64,000 nt of DNA from an uncultured delta proteobacterium (GTDB taxonomy: Bacteria; Desulfobacterota; Desulfobacteria; Desulfobacterales; B30-G6): NCBI GenBank assembly GCA_963823335.1, contig CAWGLD010000001.1, forward strand, positions 96,001 through 160,000, given 5' to 3'. Position numbers and translations under genes: made by a program. The notes under the pieces were generated by a model. That model had not been told where the DNA came from. It saw nothing but the letters and a program-made list of their open reading frames with translations, and did no database searches. This document shows positions 1-10,283 of this stretch, piece after piece; within the stretch, counting starts at the first letter, position 1; each line of letters begins with the position of its first letter.

Positions 1-184
1 TATAAACCAAAACGATACAATAGACTGCGAAAAAACTATAGGGTCTGGGGGAGATTTTTTTTCGCCTGGCCCCGGAGATGTTGTTGATATAGGAACTTGT
101 TTTTAACTAATGTGAAGTAATTTATAAAATTGGTTCATTATAATAAACAGGGTCACGATGGCTCTGCCTGTTCATTAAATTATT

Positions 185-362
185 GTGGATCTCTCCAGCA
201 AAAATAAGGTTATCAGACACCCTAAAAATTACCGGTGTGCGAAAATAATCACAACAGGCCAAAACTTGCATTGATAGACCCTGCCGTGATACCTTGGTGA
301 TGACCAGATGGTATCTGAAAAATCCCCAACTTGTCGGATAGTTGGACTTGTCTCCATGTATC
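185..362 (+). repeat. ~175-bp cassette-separating module, copy R1 (variant right half)
   Basis: gtggatctctccagcaaaaataaggttatcag...accggtgtgcgaaaataatcacaac...ggacttgtctccatgtatc; aligns by eye with R2-R11. Confidence 0.95.
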
Positions 363-366
363 GGTA

Positions 367-2415
367 TTGCGACACGAAGTCGCGTATTTTAACTGTTCAG
401 CGGAGGCATTTAGCCTTTGTCTGAACCCAGTGTCCCGTCGCTGCGATCCTATGGAAGCATGCGCTCAAGGTGCATCCTTGACGGGTATGAAGCCTTCCCG
501 ACAATGCGCCGAAGTTCGCCTGTGCGAGCGGTGTGGAAACCGTGAGGTGGAAACGCTCCTGGAAGCTCCATCCGGGTGAGGTGTTAGGATAGGATACTAT
601 GGTCAACGTAAGTAAACACTTGTAACTGCCGTGAATATGAACAAGCCAAAGGAGCTGTGAGGCTTGAACCAAAACGGTAAGTGGGTGGTTCGGATGGATT
701 GCTGAACGTCCGACACGGGCAGTATTCCCACCGGCAGAGCAGAGTGGACCTAAGGTATTCGCTGTTGGATACGTGGAACGTGGTAACCTCATGCCTTCGC
801 CTTCGGGCAGGCTAACCGTAAGGCATGCTGTGGGAGGTATGAGGAGAGAGGATGGAAGAAGCGAAGGCCATCCTGTAATGGGGTGGATACAGGTTGAGAG
901 CCTTAGGCTCGATATTACCTAACCCGCGAGGGGGCTGACGTCCATCGGGTGCTTCGTTGCGAGATAGTTTGTAGAACTTCTAAAGGAGGAAAAGCAAATG
1001 AGGGCTGCTAAAAAGCAGATCCATGCGTCCTCCCGCCGTACTCTTAAGTGGACTTCCATAAACTGGAAGAAAGTTAAGAAGAAGGTGAAGGAGCTGCAGA
1101 TGCGTATCGCAAAGGCCGTTCGAGAAGGAAAGCTACGGCTGGTTAAATCTTTGCAGTGGCTTTTGACTCATTCGTTTTATGGTAAACTTTTTGCCATAAG
1201 ACGGGTTGTTACCAACAAAGGAAAAGCAACACCGGGATCCGATGGTGTTGTGTGGAACTCATCTAAAAAGAAGATGCAAGCTGTAAACCTGCTAAGCCGA
1301 AGAGGATATCGTCCTTTCCCCCTTCGGCGGGTTTATATACGGAAGAAAAACGGCAAACTCCGACCTTTAAGTATTCCCACCATGAGGGATAGAGCAATGC
1401 AGGCTCTATATGCACTTGCTCTGGTACCAGTAGCAGAGACAATCGGTGACCTAAATTCGTACGGGTTCAGAGATGGTCGATGTTGCGCCGATGCCATTAA
1501 GCAGTGCTACAATTGTCTGGCAAAGCGTCGTTCCTCGCGGTGGATTCTTGAGGCCGACATTCAAGCCTGCTTCGATAGAATCGATCACGAATGGATGCTC
1601 AACAATATCCTGACTGATAAAAAGATACTTAGAAGCTGGCTAAACGCCGGATACATAGACGAGGGTAAACTTTATCCAACCAAAGCGGGTACTCCACAGG
1701 GATCAGTTATCTCTCCTGTACTTGCCAATATGACCCTGGATGGACTGGAAGCGGCTATTAGAAATGCAGTTCCCAAGAACGCCAAGGTCAACATGATCCG
1801 GTATGCAGATGACTTTATCGTAACTGGAAAATCAGAAGAGATTCTCCAGGAAAAAGTCAAGCCTGCAATCCGCGCATTTCTCAGCCAAAGAGGTTTAAAT
1901 CTCTCAGGCGAGAAAACAAGGATCACCAGGATAGAGAATGGATTTGATTTTCTGGGCCAACATCTGAGAAAATTTGGGGATAAGTTTATTGTTACCCCAT
2001 CAAAGAACTCGGTGAAAGGCATTGTTTCCAAAACAAAGGAAGTCATCAAATCCCATCTTGGCAACGCAACAGCGGAGATGCTACGAGAGCTCAACCCAGT
2101 AATCCGGGGATGGGCCAACTATCACCGCCATGCATGCTCCAAGAAAGCCTTCAACTATGTTGATTCCCGCATCTTCAATAATCTCTGGATATGGGCTAAA
2201 AGAAGGCATCAGGATAAAAAGGCCCAGTGGATACGAAATCGTTATTTTCGAACCATTGGTAACCGGCAATGGTGTTTTTTTGCAACCAAAAAGGCAGAGG
2301 GAGGTGGGGTTGGCGTCATCGATTTGGTCTATATGGCCACGGTAAAAATAGTTCGTCATACGAAAATCCGTGGCAAGGCAAATCCTTACGACAATAGATG
2401 GCAGGGATATTTTTC
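367..2415 (+). mobile_element. Group II intron (CL1-like), 3'-truncated; no domain V/VI seen
   Basis: TTGCGACACG 5' end at 367; ~630-nt structured leader; RT ORF; no GAGCCG...CGGTTC domain V recognisable after the ORF; 3' limit approximate. Confidence 0.8.
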
Positions 2416-2443
2416 CAAACCTTGTAGAATGAAGACTTATTAG
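998..2443 (+). CDS. ltrA: Group II intron reverse transcriptase/maturase
   Basis: INWKKV..LQMRIAKA N-terminus, RPLSIPTMRDRAMQ, GTPQGSVISP, YADD, maturase LNPVIRGWANYH; no endonuclease domain. Confidence 0.95.
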   Translation: MRAAKKQIHASSRRTLKWTSINWKKVKKKVKELQMRIAKAVREGKLRLVKSLQWLLTHSFYGKLFAIRRVVTNKGKATPGSDGVVWNSSKKKMQAVNLLSRRGYRPFPLRRVYIRKKNGKLRPLSIPTMRDRAMQALYALALVPVAETIGDLNSYGFRDGRCCADAIKQCYNCLAKRRSSRWILEADIQACFDRIDHEWMLNNILTDKKILRSWLNAGYIDEGKLYPTKAGTPQGSVISPVLANMTLDGLEAAIRNAVPKNAKVNMIRYADDFIVTGKSEEILQEKVKPAIRAFLSQRGLNLSGEKTRITRIENGFDFLGQHLRKFGDKFIVTPSKNSVKGIVSKTKEVIKSHLGNATAEMLRELNPVIRGWANYHRHACSKKAFNYVDSRIFNNLWIWAKRRHQDKKAQWIRNRYFRTIGNRQWCFFATKKAEGGGVGVIDLVYMATVKIVRHTKIRGKANPYDNRWQGYFSKPCRMKTY

Positions 2444-2480
2444 CGAAATCTTCAGTTCGATAAAATTTTACAAACACAAC

Positions 2481-2972
2481 ATGTTGGGTATAATTAATAT
2501 GCGAACCTTTGGATTAGCATCTATTTCCGATCTAAAAGGGTTGGTTAAAGTAGCAAAATCTGCATTCATAGATGATGAAAGATTCAAACCCCGTGAGGCA
2601 ACCGCAGGCGGTCCACCCGGACATGATCAAATAGAACGACATCGAGAATGGCTCGACTCATTGCTATACTATAAATGTGAAGAACACGGATCTATTGTAG
2701 GAACATGTACGGTAGAGATAAATGGTGATGAAGCAAAGATACATGGTATTCATGTGGTTTCTGAATCAATGGATCAAGGCATTGGCTCATATATGTTGCG
2801 TGAGATACAGACCGGGATGCCACATATAACTAAATGGACGTTAATTACGCCAGATTACGCTATACGCAACCAGCATTTTTATGAAATAAATGGGTTTACG
2901 TTGAAGCAAAGAGGTGATGTAGAACCAGATCTCGGGTTCGGCTTTTATACATATGAAAAAAATGTCCTATAA
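2481..2972 (+). CDS. GNAT family acetyltransferase
   Basis: QGIGSYML motif A, N..FYE.NGF. Confidence 0.85.
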   Translation: MLGIINMRTFGLASISDLKGLVKVAKSAFIDDERFKPREATAGGPPGHDQIERHREWLDSLLYYKCEEHGSIVGTCTVEINGDEAKIHGIHVVSESMDQGIGSYMLREIQTGMPHITKWTLITPDYAIRNQHFYEINGFTLKQRGDVEPDLGFGFYTYEKNVL

Positions 2973-3059
2973 CAGCATTCCCCTTGATCCTATAAGCTTG
3001 GAGTGTTTTATACAGAGAAATTGAAGATTACTGGCATAAGTCTCCAACTGGCCATTGCC

Positions 3060-3234
3060 GATTTCTCCAACAAAACGGTAGATATCAGGCACGCCAAAAA
3101 TTACCGGTGTGCGAAAATAATCACAACAGCTCAAATCTTGCATTCATAAACCCCCTCGTGGTACCGTGGGGATGACCGAATGGTATCGGTAATATTGCCG
3201 TTGAACTTGATAACTGGACTTATCTCCATCTATC
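3060..3234 (+). repeat. Module copy R2
   Basis: gatttctccaacaaaacgg...ggacttatctccatctatc. Confidence 0.95.
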
Positions 3235-3281
3235 TGTACTTGGATGATATTTGGATTTTCACAGGGGATAAAGGTGGAATA

Positions 3282-4130
3282 ATGGGTTTTCATAGAAAGA
3301 CATTGGTCGATGGACTTATATTTGGCGAAGGCCCGCGTTGGCATGATGATCGCCTATGGTTTTCTGATATGCAGGCAGGCTTAGTTATGGCCACAGATAT
3401 TGATGGAAATTGTGAAAAAATTGTTGATGTGCCAGGGAGCCCATCGGGTCTCGGATGGCTACCAGACGGCCGGCTATTGGTTGTGTCTATGATCGATCGG
3501 CGTTTGCTCAGGATGGAAGGCGAACGGCTCATTGAACATGCTGACCTGAGTAATATTGCCACCTGGCATTGCAACGATATGGTTGTAGATGGCAAGGGAA
3601 ACGCCTATATTGGTAATTTTGGTTTCGATTTAGAGGTTAATGATATCAAGCCTGTTGAAGCCACAATGGCCATGGTAACCCCTGAGGGTGAAGTTACGCC
3701 TGCTGCTGATGGGCTACTGTTTCCAAATGGAACAGTTATTACCTCAGATGCCAGAACTCTAATTGTTGCTGAAACATATGGAGCAAGGCTCACAGCTTTT
3801 GATATTCAATCAGATGGTACTCTGACGAATCGTCGTCTGTTCGCTGATGTCTCTCCACACTTCCCTGATGGGATATGCCTCGACACTGAAGGTGCAATAT
3901 GGGTTGCTGATCCAGTTGGTGGTGAATGCATTCGTGTACTCGAGGGGGGTGAAATTACCCATAGAATTGATACAGGGCGCGGATGCTTTGCCTGCATGCT
4001 TGGGGGGGCGAATCGGAATACACTTTTTATGATGACTGCCGGTGATTTTAGAACAGATACCGTTGTACGGGCCCAAAATGGTAAGGTTGAATATGTTGAA
4101 GTTGATGTACCAGGTGCTGGTTGGCCGTAA
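3282..4130 (+). CDS. SMP-30/gluconolactonase/LRE family protein
   Basis: GEGPRW, ND..VD..G, FPNG, PDGICLD; ATG at 3282 follows an RBS-like aaggtgg. Confidence 0.9.
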   Translation: MGFHRKTLVDGLIFGEGPRWHDDRLWFSDMQAGLVMATDIDGNCEKIVDVPGSPSGLGWLPDGRLLVVSMIDRRLLRMEGERLIEHADLSNIATWHCNDMVVDGKGNAYIGNFGFDLEVNDIKPVEATMAMVTPEGEVTPAADGLLFPNGTVITSDARTLIVAETYGARLTAFDIQSDGTLTNRRLFADVSPHFPDGICLDTEGAIWVADPVGGECIRVLEGGEITHRIDTGRGCFACMLGGANRNTLFMMTAGDFRTDTVVRAQNGKVEYVEVDVPGAGWP

Positions 4131-4218
4131 TATAACATAAACGGATTCCACGGATACTGAAAAAATGGAATTTGGTATACAGAACTATACATTGAAGTGA
4201 ATATTTTGGATTTTGGCC

Positions 4219-4398
4219 GTGGATGTCGCCAACAAAAACAAGGTTATCAGACCCCTTAAATATTACCGGTGTGCGAAAATAATCACAACCGACCGAATCT
4301 TGAATTAATAGTAGTTCTCATGGTACCGTGGAGATGACCGAATGGTATCGGTAATATTGCCGTTGAACTTGATAACTGGACTTATCTCCATCAATCAC
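4219..4398 (+). repeat. Module copy R3
   Basis: gtggatgtcgccaacaaaaac...ggacttatctccatcaatcac. Confidence 0.95.
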
Positions 4399-4553
4399 AA
4401 CTTTGATGAATGTTGTGATAGCCATCTCAGAATAATACTATTGGTTGATTCTTTCTTTTCGGTTTGAATCTCGTAAGGTATTTTTTTTGCAAAAGAACTT
4501 TTTCAGTGCGAAGGAAGCAGAACTTCATACTTTTAATAAAGAAAGGAGGAATC

Positions 4554-5009
4554 ATGAGAATATTTGTTAAGATTGGGATAGTGTTTCTGGTCTTGGCCTT
4601 AAGTTTCGGTATCGCCTTGGCCCAATTTGCCAAAACTGAAGATGCCATTGAATACCGGAAGTCCGTAATGCAGGTAATCAAGAAACATTTTGGTAGCATG
4701 GCCAGTGTTGTTAAAGGCGAAACACCTTATGATCAGGCTGCATTCCTTGAAGACGCAAAGGTCGTGGCAATGTTGTCGAAACTGCCATGGGAGGCTTCTA
4801 TGGTTCCCGGTTCAAATGAGGGTCAAACAACATTAAACGAAAAAGCGTTGAAGGATAAAGAGGGATTTATGGCTGTTGCAAAACGGTTCCAAAACCATAG
4901 CAGTGAACTAGCTGCGGCAGCAGAAAGTGGTGATATGGGAAAAATAAAGAAGCAGTTCGGAGCCACCGCTCAAACATGTGGCAGTTGCCATAAGCCCTAC
5001 CGAAAATAA
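4554..5009 (+). CDS. Class II cytochrome c (c'/c556)
   Basis: Signal peptide, C-terminal CGSCHKPYR heme motif, RBS aggagg. Confidence 0.9.
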   Translation: MRIFVKIGIVFLVLALSFGIALAQFAKTEDAIEYRKSVMQVIKKHFGSMASVVKGETPYDQAAFLEDAKVVAMLSKLPWEASMVPGSNEGQTTLNEKALKDKEGFMAVAKRFQNHSSELAAAAESGDMGKIKKQFGATAQTCGSCHKPYRK

Positions 5010-5019
5010 GTGCCCGGAT

Positions 5020-5623
5020 TCAGTTTATTATCAAATAGACAACTACAAGGGAAATTCCGAATATTATAGTGGCAGTCCAATGATTGCCGCCAGGTGGTGG
5101 TGCATCGCCAGGCCACATCTTGATACCCGTGAACATGGGTTTAATCAGGTTTTCATGTTTGACAACCAGGTAAAATATGATGGCTGTCAAATGAACAGCT
5201 ATAAGGCATCCGATCACAATAGCGTTGATGTTGTGGATGCGGGTAAGTGCGCTGCTGACGGAATTGCTCACCAAAGGGTAAAGCGGTCCTTCAGTGAATA
5301 TGTCATCGCTGGCAAATAGCCCAGTCATTGCTTGTAGCAACAGGGTGAGGAGCATAGCAACGACTGACCACCCCCCGAGGGGATTATGTCCTAGATAATG
5401 AGGCACATCCTTTTTAATAAGGCCGATTGCGTATTGTAATACAATTGATGGTCCACGAACAAAATTGACAAATCGAGAATGGTATCCACCCAAGACACCC
5501 CAAACAAAGCGAAAAAACAAAAAGATTAGCACTAAATATCCGCTATACATGTGGTAGGTCATTAAATTGCCACCGATTTTAGCGGTCACAACGCAGTTGA
5601 TTACCAAAACTGCTAGCACCCAA
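5020..5623 (-). pseudogene. Cytochrome b/b6-domain protein, N-terminus removed by IS256
   Basis: GHNPLGGW, H-bearing TM helices, HENLIKPMFTG; reading frame runs into the IS end at 5624. Confidence 0.8.
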
Positions 5624-6948
5624 GAGGGTGTTCAAAATTTTGTGTCAGTCTAACTGAAAGCTGATATATACAGCCCAAAGGAGACTGACATGCCAAAAGA
5701 TAATGCAGATTTTGATTTCCAGAAAGCCCTCAAAGCCATCCAATCAGGCAAGCCCCTTACTGGCAAAGACGGGGTGCTCACCCCATTAATCAAGAACCTA
5801 ACCGAAGCTGCACTCGAAGGGGAGTTAGACTCCCATCTTGGACAGGAGATAGCGGCCAATCGAAGAAACGGTAAGAGCAAAAAGACCATCAAGACCCTGA
5901 ACGGCTCCTTCGAACTGAACACTCCCCGTGAGCGCAACGGCACTTTTTCACCCCAGCTGATTAAAAAGCATCAGACGACCATCAGCGATGAGATCGAAGA
6001 AAAAATCATTGCCATGTACGGCCTGGGCATGAGCTATAAAGACATATCTTTTCATCTTGAGGATATCTATGGCATTTCTGTCTCTAAGGGCACTCTGACT
6101 GCGATTACAGATAAAATCATTCACACCGTGAAAGAGTGGCAAGCCCGGCCGCTTGAAACGATATATCCCATTGTCTGGCTTGATGCCATACACTACAAAA
6201 TCCGTGAAGATGGCAAGGTCCTCAGTAAGGCTGTTTACACGATCCTCGGGGTCAATATTGAAGGCCGCAAGGAGGTCCTTGGCCTGTATATCTCAGAGAA
6301 CGAAGGGGCCAACTTCTGGCTGCAGGTGCTGACCGATCTCTCTAACCGTGGCGTTGCCGATATCCTGATCGCCTGTATTGATGGGCTAAAAGGCTTTCCA
6401 GAAGCCATCGAGACAATCTTCCCCAAAACGGAAGTGCAACTTTGTGTGGTGCATCAAATTCGGAATTCCTTAAAATACGTTGGCTCCAAAAACCAGAAGG
6501 AATTCATGGTCGATCTCAAGCGCGTCTACAAAGCAGCCAACAAGGATTTAGCCGAATCCGAATTGGACAAGCTCGAAGCCAAGTGGAACGACAAGTATCC
6601 GATTGTCATTAAGTCCTGGCGCAACAACTGGGAGCGTCTGAGTCAATTCTTCAAATACCCGGAGGATATCCGCAGGATCATTTACACAACGAACACCATT
6701 GAGGCGGTTCACCGTCAATTCCGTAAGCTGACCAAGACTAAAGGCGCTTTTCCGAACCAGGACAGTTTGTTGAAATTACTGTATATGGGCATCCAGAATG
6801 CCAGTAAAAAATGGACCATGCCGGTTCAGAACTGGTCATTAACTATCTCTCAGTTGGCTATATTTTTTGAGGGCAGACTGGATAAAGAATTAAAGCTCTG
6901 ATATGATTAATTACAATTTAAAACTGACACAGAATTCTGAACATACCC
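5624..6948 (+). mobile_element. IS256-family insertion sequence
   Basis: Imperfect terminal IRs gagggtgttcaaaattttgtgtcagt / actgacacagaattctgaacataccc; no target duplication seen. Confidence 0.9.
5690..6901 (+). CDS. IS256-family (Mutator) transposase
   Basis: RNGK, WLDA, DGLKGF, QLCVVHQIRNS, IYTTNTIE. Confidence 0.95.
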   Translation: MPKDNADFDFQKALKAIQSGKPLTGKDGVLTPLIKNLTEAALEGELDSHLGQEIAANRRNGKSKKTIKTLNGSFELNTPRERNGTFSPQLIKKHQTTISDEIEEKIIAMYGLGMSYKDISFHLEDIYGISVSKGTLTAITDKIIHTVKEWQARPLETIYPIVWLDAIHYKIREDGKVLSKAVYTILGVNIEGRKEVLGLYISENEGANFWLQVLTDLSNRGVADILIACIDGLKGFPEAIETIFPKTEVQLCVVHQIRNSLKYVGSKNQKEFMVDLKRVYKAANKDLAESELDKLEAKWNDKYPIVIKSWRNNWERLSQFFKYPEDIRRIIYTTNTIEAVHRQFRKLTKTKGAFPNQDSLLKLLYMGIQNASKKWTMPVQNWSLTISQLAIFFEGRLDKELKL

Positions 6949-7123
6949 GATTTCTCCAACAAAAAGGTAAATATCAGCTCTCTGAAATTGTACCGGTGTG
7001 CGAAAATAATCACAACCGACCGAACCTTGCGTTGGCGTACCTTTCCGTGATACCTTGGCGATGACCATATGGTATCGGTGATATTCCCGTTGAACTTGAT
7101 AACTGGACTTATCTCCATGTATC
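6949..7123 (+). repeat. Module copy R4
   Basis: gatttctccaac...ggacttatctccatgtatc. Confidence 0.95.
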
Positions 7124-7189
7124 AAAGGCGTGAGCACTATTAGATTTCCCCCAGAATATCTTTTCCAAAAGGTTCAAAATGACCATTTC

Positions 7190-7356
7190 TTGACCCATCC
7201 TTTTAATTCATGTATATATCGCATATCGCATCTAAATCACACCTGATCTGAAGCCGAATTTAAACTTGAACCTGAGTTGAGCTCATTCTCGATCTGTTCT
7301 CACCTTTTCCAAGACATATCATCTTCTTCAAACCTCAAAACCAGAAGGTGATCCAC
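7190..7356 (+). promoter_or_regulatory. Conserved promoter and leader of adenylate cyclase genes (copies ~52166-52328 and ~55893-56047; partial ~18494-18570)
   Basis: TTGACC-17bp-TA(T/C)nnn, then aatcacacctgatctga and ttccaagac.tatcatcttcttcaaacc..aaccagaaggtgatc. Confidence 0.7.
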
Positions 7357-9123
7357 ATGCCCACAGAAAAAAGAGCCACACGCAAACTCAGAGCCATTCT
7401 TTCTGCTGATGTTAAAGGCTACAGCATCCTTATAGCGGATGATGAGACCTTCACAATCAAAACTATTAAAGAATATCGAAGCATAATATCCAACTGCATC
7501 GAGCAATATGCCGGTCGGGTTGTGGATAGTCCCGGTGATAACATACTGGCGGAGTTTGCAAGTGCGGTTGATGCTGTACAGTGTGCAGTGGAAATTCAAA
7601 AACAATTGAAGAAAGAAAATGACCGGCTTGTAGAGAACAAAAGGCTGGAGTTCAGAATTGGTGTGAACATCGGTGATGTTGTGCAGGATGAGAATCGTAT
7701 CTATGGTAATGGTGTTAACATTGCCTCAAGGATTGAGGGTTTGGCAGATCCTGCTGGCATCTGTGTATCTCGCAGTGCATACGATCAGATAAAAAATAAA
7801 ATGGGTTTCAGTTTTGAATATATGGGGGAACACTCTGTTAAAAATATATCTGAACCAGTAAGAGTTTATAAAGTTCTAATGCATTCTAATTCACCATCAC
7901 CTTTGGTTGAAGAGACGCTGAAGCTGCCGGACAAACCATCCATTGCAGTCTTGCCATTTGTAAACATGAGTGGAGATCCTGAGCAGGAGTATTTTTCTGA
8001 TGGAATAACAGAAGACCTCACAACTGTTCTGTCACGGAATTCGTTGATGTTTGTGATAGCACGGAACTCCAGCTTCGCCTACAAAGGAAAGGCAGTCGAT
8101 GTAAAAAAAATTAGCAAAGAACTTGGGGTTCATTATGTATTGGAAGGAAGCGTACGAAAGGCAGGAACAAGAATCCGTGTAACAGCACAGCTTATTAATG
8201 GGATTAATGGAAAGCATGTATGGGCAGAGAAATATGATGGTGAGCTTCAAGACATTTTCGATTTGCAGGATCAAATAACACAAAAGATTGTTGCTTCAAC
8301 CCAAACCCAAGTAGCATTAAGTCTTGGAGAAGTCAGAACAGCTGCAAGACATGAAAACTTAGATACTTGGGATATTACCGCAAAAGCTTTAAAATATAGT
8401 TATGATCTAACTGAAGACAGTCTTAGAAAGGCTGAAAAACTCTTACGATCAGCCATAAAGTCAAATCCAAAATCTGATTCTGCTTATGCTTTGCTTGCAA
8501 GTGTTTTATTTCATCTATTATTGATGGGGTATGAACAGGAGAACGTTAGTGAAATTTTAAATGAATCTTTTCAATACTCAGCAAAAGCAATATCAATTAA
8601 TGAATCTAATGAAATTGGGCATTGGATTAACGGAAACCTTCAGCTATTTTCCAGAAGAAATCATGATTATGCGCTTGCGGAGTATGATCGTCTGATAGAA
8701 ATAAATCCTAATAATTCGTTAGCATATGGCTCTCTCGGCGCTGCCCTAACATTTTCCCGAAAATATGATCAAGCAATAAAAAATATTGAATTAGCAATAA
8801 GAATTAATCCTATGGACCCAAGCATATTTTTTCGATTCTCTGAAATAGCATTGGCTTATCTTCTTAAAGGAAAATATAACGATGCAATTGATTGGTCAAC
8901 CAAGTGTATCCATAAAAGATCCAGTTGGATAGCTGGTCATTTTGTTTTAATAGCATCTCTTGTAAATCTTAATCGTCTCGATGAAGCAAAACAAGCAACC
9001 AAGGAGTTGTTGAATACCAACCCAACTGCAAGAGCATCTGATATTTCAATGTATCCGTTTAAATACGCTGAAGATGTGATAAAGTTACAAAAAGCTCTCT
9101 GTAAAGCAGGTCTACCTGAATAA
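7357..9123 (+). CDS. Class III adenylate/guanylate cyclase with TolB-N-like and TPR domains
   Basis: ILSADVKGYS, PGDN, FRIGVNIGD, GNGVNIASRIE; DKPSIAVLPF; TPRs. Confidence 0.9.
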   Translation: MPTEKRATRKLRAILSADVKGYSILIADDETFTIKTIKEYRSIISNCIEQYAGRVVDSPGDNILAEFASAVDAVQCAVEIQKQLKKENDRLVENKRLEFRIGVNIGDVVQDENRIYGNGVNIASRIEGLADPAGICVSRSAYDQIKNKMGFSFEYMGEHSVKNISEPVRVYKVLMHSNSPSPLVEETLKLPDKPSIAVLPFVNMSGDPEQEYFSDGITEDLTTVLSRNSLMFVIARNSSFAYKGKAVDVKKISKELGVHYVLEGSVRKAGTRIRVTAQLINGINGKHVWAEKYDGELQDIFDLQDQITQKIVASTQTQVALSLGEVRTAARHENLDTWDITAKALKYSYDLTEDSLRKAEKLLRSAIKSNPKSDSAYALLASVLFHLLLMGYEQENVSEILNESFQYSAKAISINESNEIGHWINGNLQLFSRRNHDYALAEYDRLIEINPNNSLAYGSLGAALTFSRKYDQAIKNIELAIRINPMDPSIFFRFSEIALAYLLKGKYNDAIDWSTKCIHKRSSWIAGHFVLIASLVNLNRLDEAKQATKELLNTNPTARASDISMYPFKYAEDVIKLQKALCKAGLPE

Positions 9124-9170
9124 AGGATATCTGTTGTATATCTCATATCTTTCAGATATTCAAAATAGTG

Positions 9171-9346
9171 TAGTATCTCCAACAAAAACAAGGTTATCAG
9201 ACCCCTGAAAATTTACCGGTGTGCGAAAACAATCACAACAGACGGAATCTTGCATTGGTAAGGTCTCCCATGGTACCGTGGGCATGACCGTATGGTATCG
9301 GCAATAATTTCGTTGAATTTGATAACTGGACTTGTCTCCATGTATC
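9171..9346 (+). repeat. Module copy R5
   Basis: tatctccaacaaaaac...ggacttgtctccatgtatc. Confidence 0.95.
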
Positions 9347-9559
9347 TGCAATTGAATGATAGTCGGTTTTATGCTTGACTGAACATAATTCCTCCTCTAT
9401 ATTCGATTAATCTATACTAAAACTTCACTTCCTCTGAATCTGAATATCCAATTCTAACTCTACACTTCATCTGAAGCTGCCCTGTCAAAGCTGTAAGCTT
9501 TTCTTTCTTCACTTCGATCATTGATAAAACCTAATATTAATCTGAAAGGAGGACATGAA

Positions 9560-9967
9560 ATGCGAAAACTCACAGCTATCATCCTTGTACTTGGAGTTAT
9601 TTTGTTTCTTCAAAGTTGTGCCATGTCTGAGAAAAAATTACCGGAACCAGAAGGTGTATTGCTTGGTCAGGGTGAATTGGAACAGCTCTTTAGCAAAAAT
9701 ATAGGTTTTGATGGCCGGTATAATAAAATGTCTTACGCCAATTTTAGAACGCAAATACAACCTGATGGAAAACAAATTACGACTTGGTTTAATAAAGATG
9801 GCGAACAAGGTGAATCAATGAATGGAATGTATACGATTAAAAATGGACAAAAATGTGATAATTATATTGGTGAAGAGAAATGCTGGAAATATTATAAAAT
9901 TGATCAAGAGAAATATTATATTGAAACCAATGACGGTTCTGAATTTCGTTATTTATCGCGTTTTTAA
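9560..9967 (+). CDS. Hypothetical lipoprotein
   Basis: RBS aggagg, lipobox LQSC. Confidence 0.75.
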   Translation: MRKLTAIILVLGVILFLQSCAMSEKKLPEPEGVLLGQGELEQLFSKNIGFDGRYNKMSYANFRTQIQPDGKQITTWFNKDGEQGESMNGMYTIKNGQKCDNYIGEEKCWKYYKIDQEKYYIETNDGSEFRYLSRF

Positions 9968-10283
9968 CCATGAATAAAAATATTCCCTATTCAATCATGA
10001 GGGTCTTTATGATTGCCGAATGCCGTATTTTACGAATTAGTGGGATCCATGGTCCTCGTTAACTGGATCACGCATACTTTTTGATGCCGATGAAGATGAC
10101 GCGATTATTGGAATGTCGGTTCCGTAATCAAAAGATACACCAATGCATTTTAAATCTCTGATAAAAGGCGGAATAAAGAATGGTTTCGCCTTTTGCTAAT
10201 TTTATATGCTTAACCATCCCTGAAACTTATATTGATTGACAGGTATTTCAAATTCTATGCTTTTCATAGCCCCGTAAAATATG

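Noticed and set aside
191-197. CTCCA as a tRNA 3' end (island attachment site)
   Set aside because: No T-arm (GTTCRA) or cloverleaf precedes any copy.
234-245. GTGTGCG in each module as a group II intron 5' end
   Set aside because: The actual intron homology begins at TTGCG (367 and 51765), outside the module.
998-2443. RT as a DGR, retron or defence RT
   Set aside because: It has a group II N-terminus, a maturase domain and an intron 5' RNA. I saw no TR/VR pair with A-specific mismatches.
6907-7137. Recurring minus-strand mini-ORFs (HGDKSSYQ / MEISPVIK) as a protein family
   Set aside because: Frames, starts and stops differ between copies; they are translations of the non-coding module.
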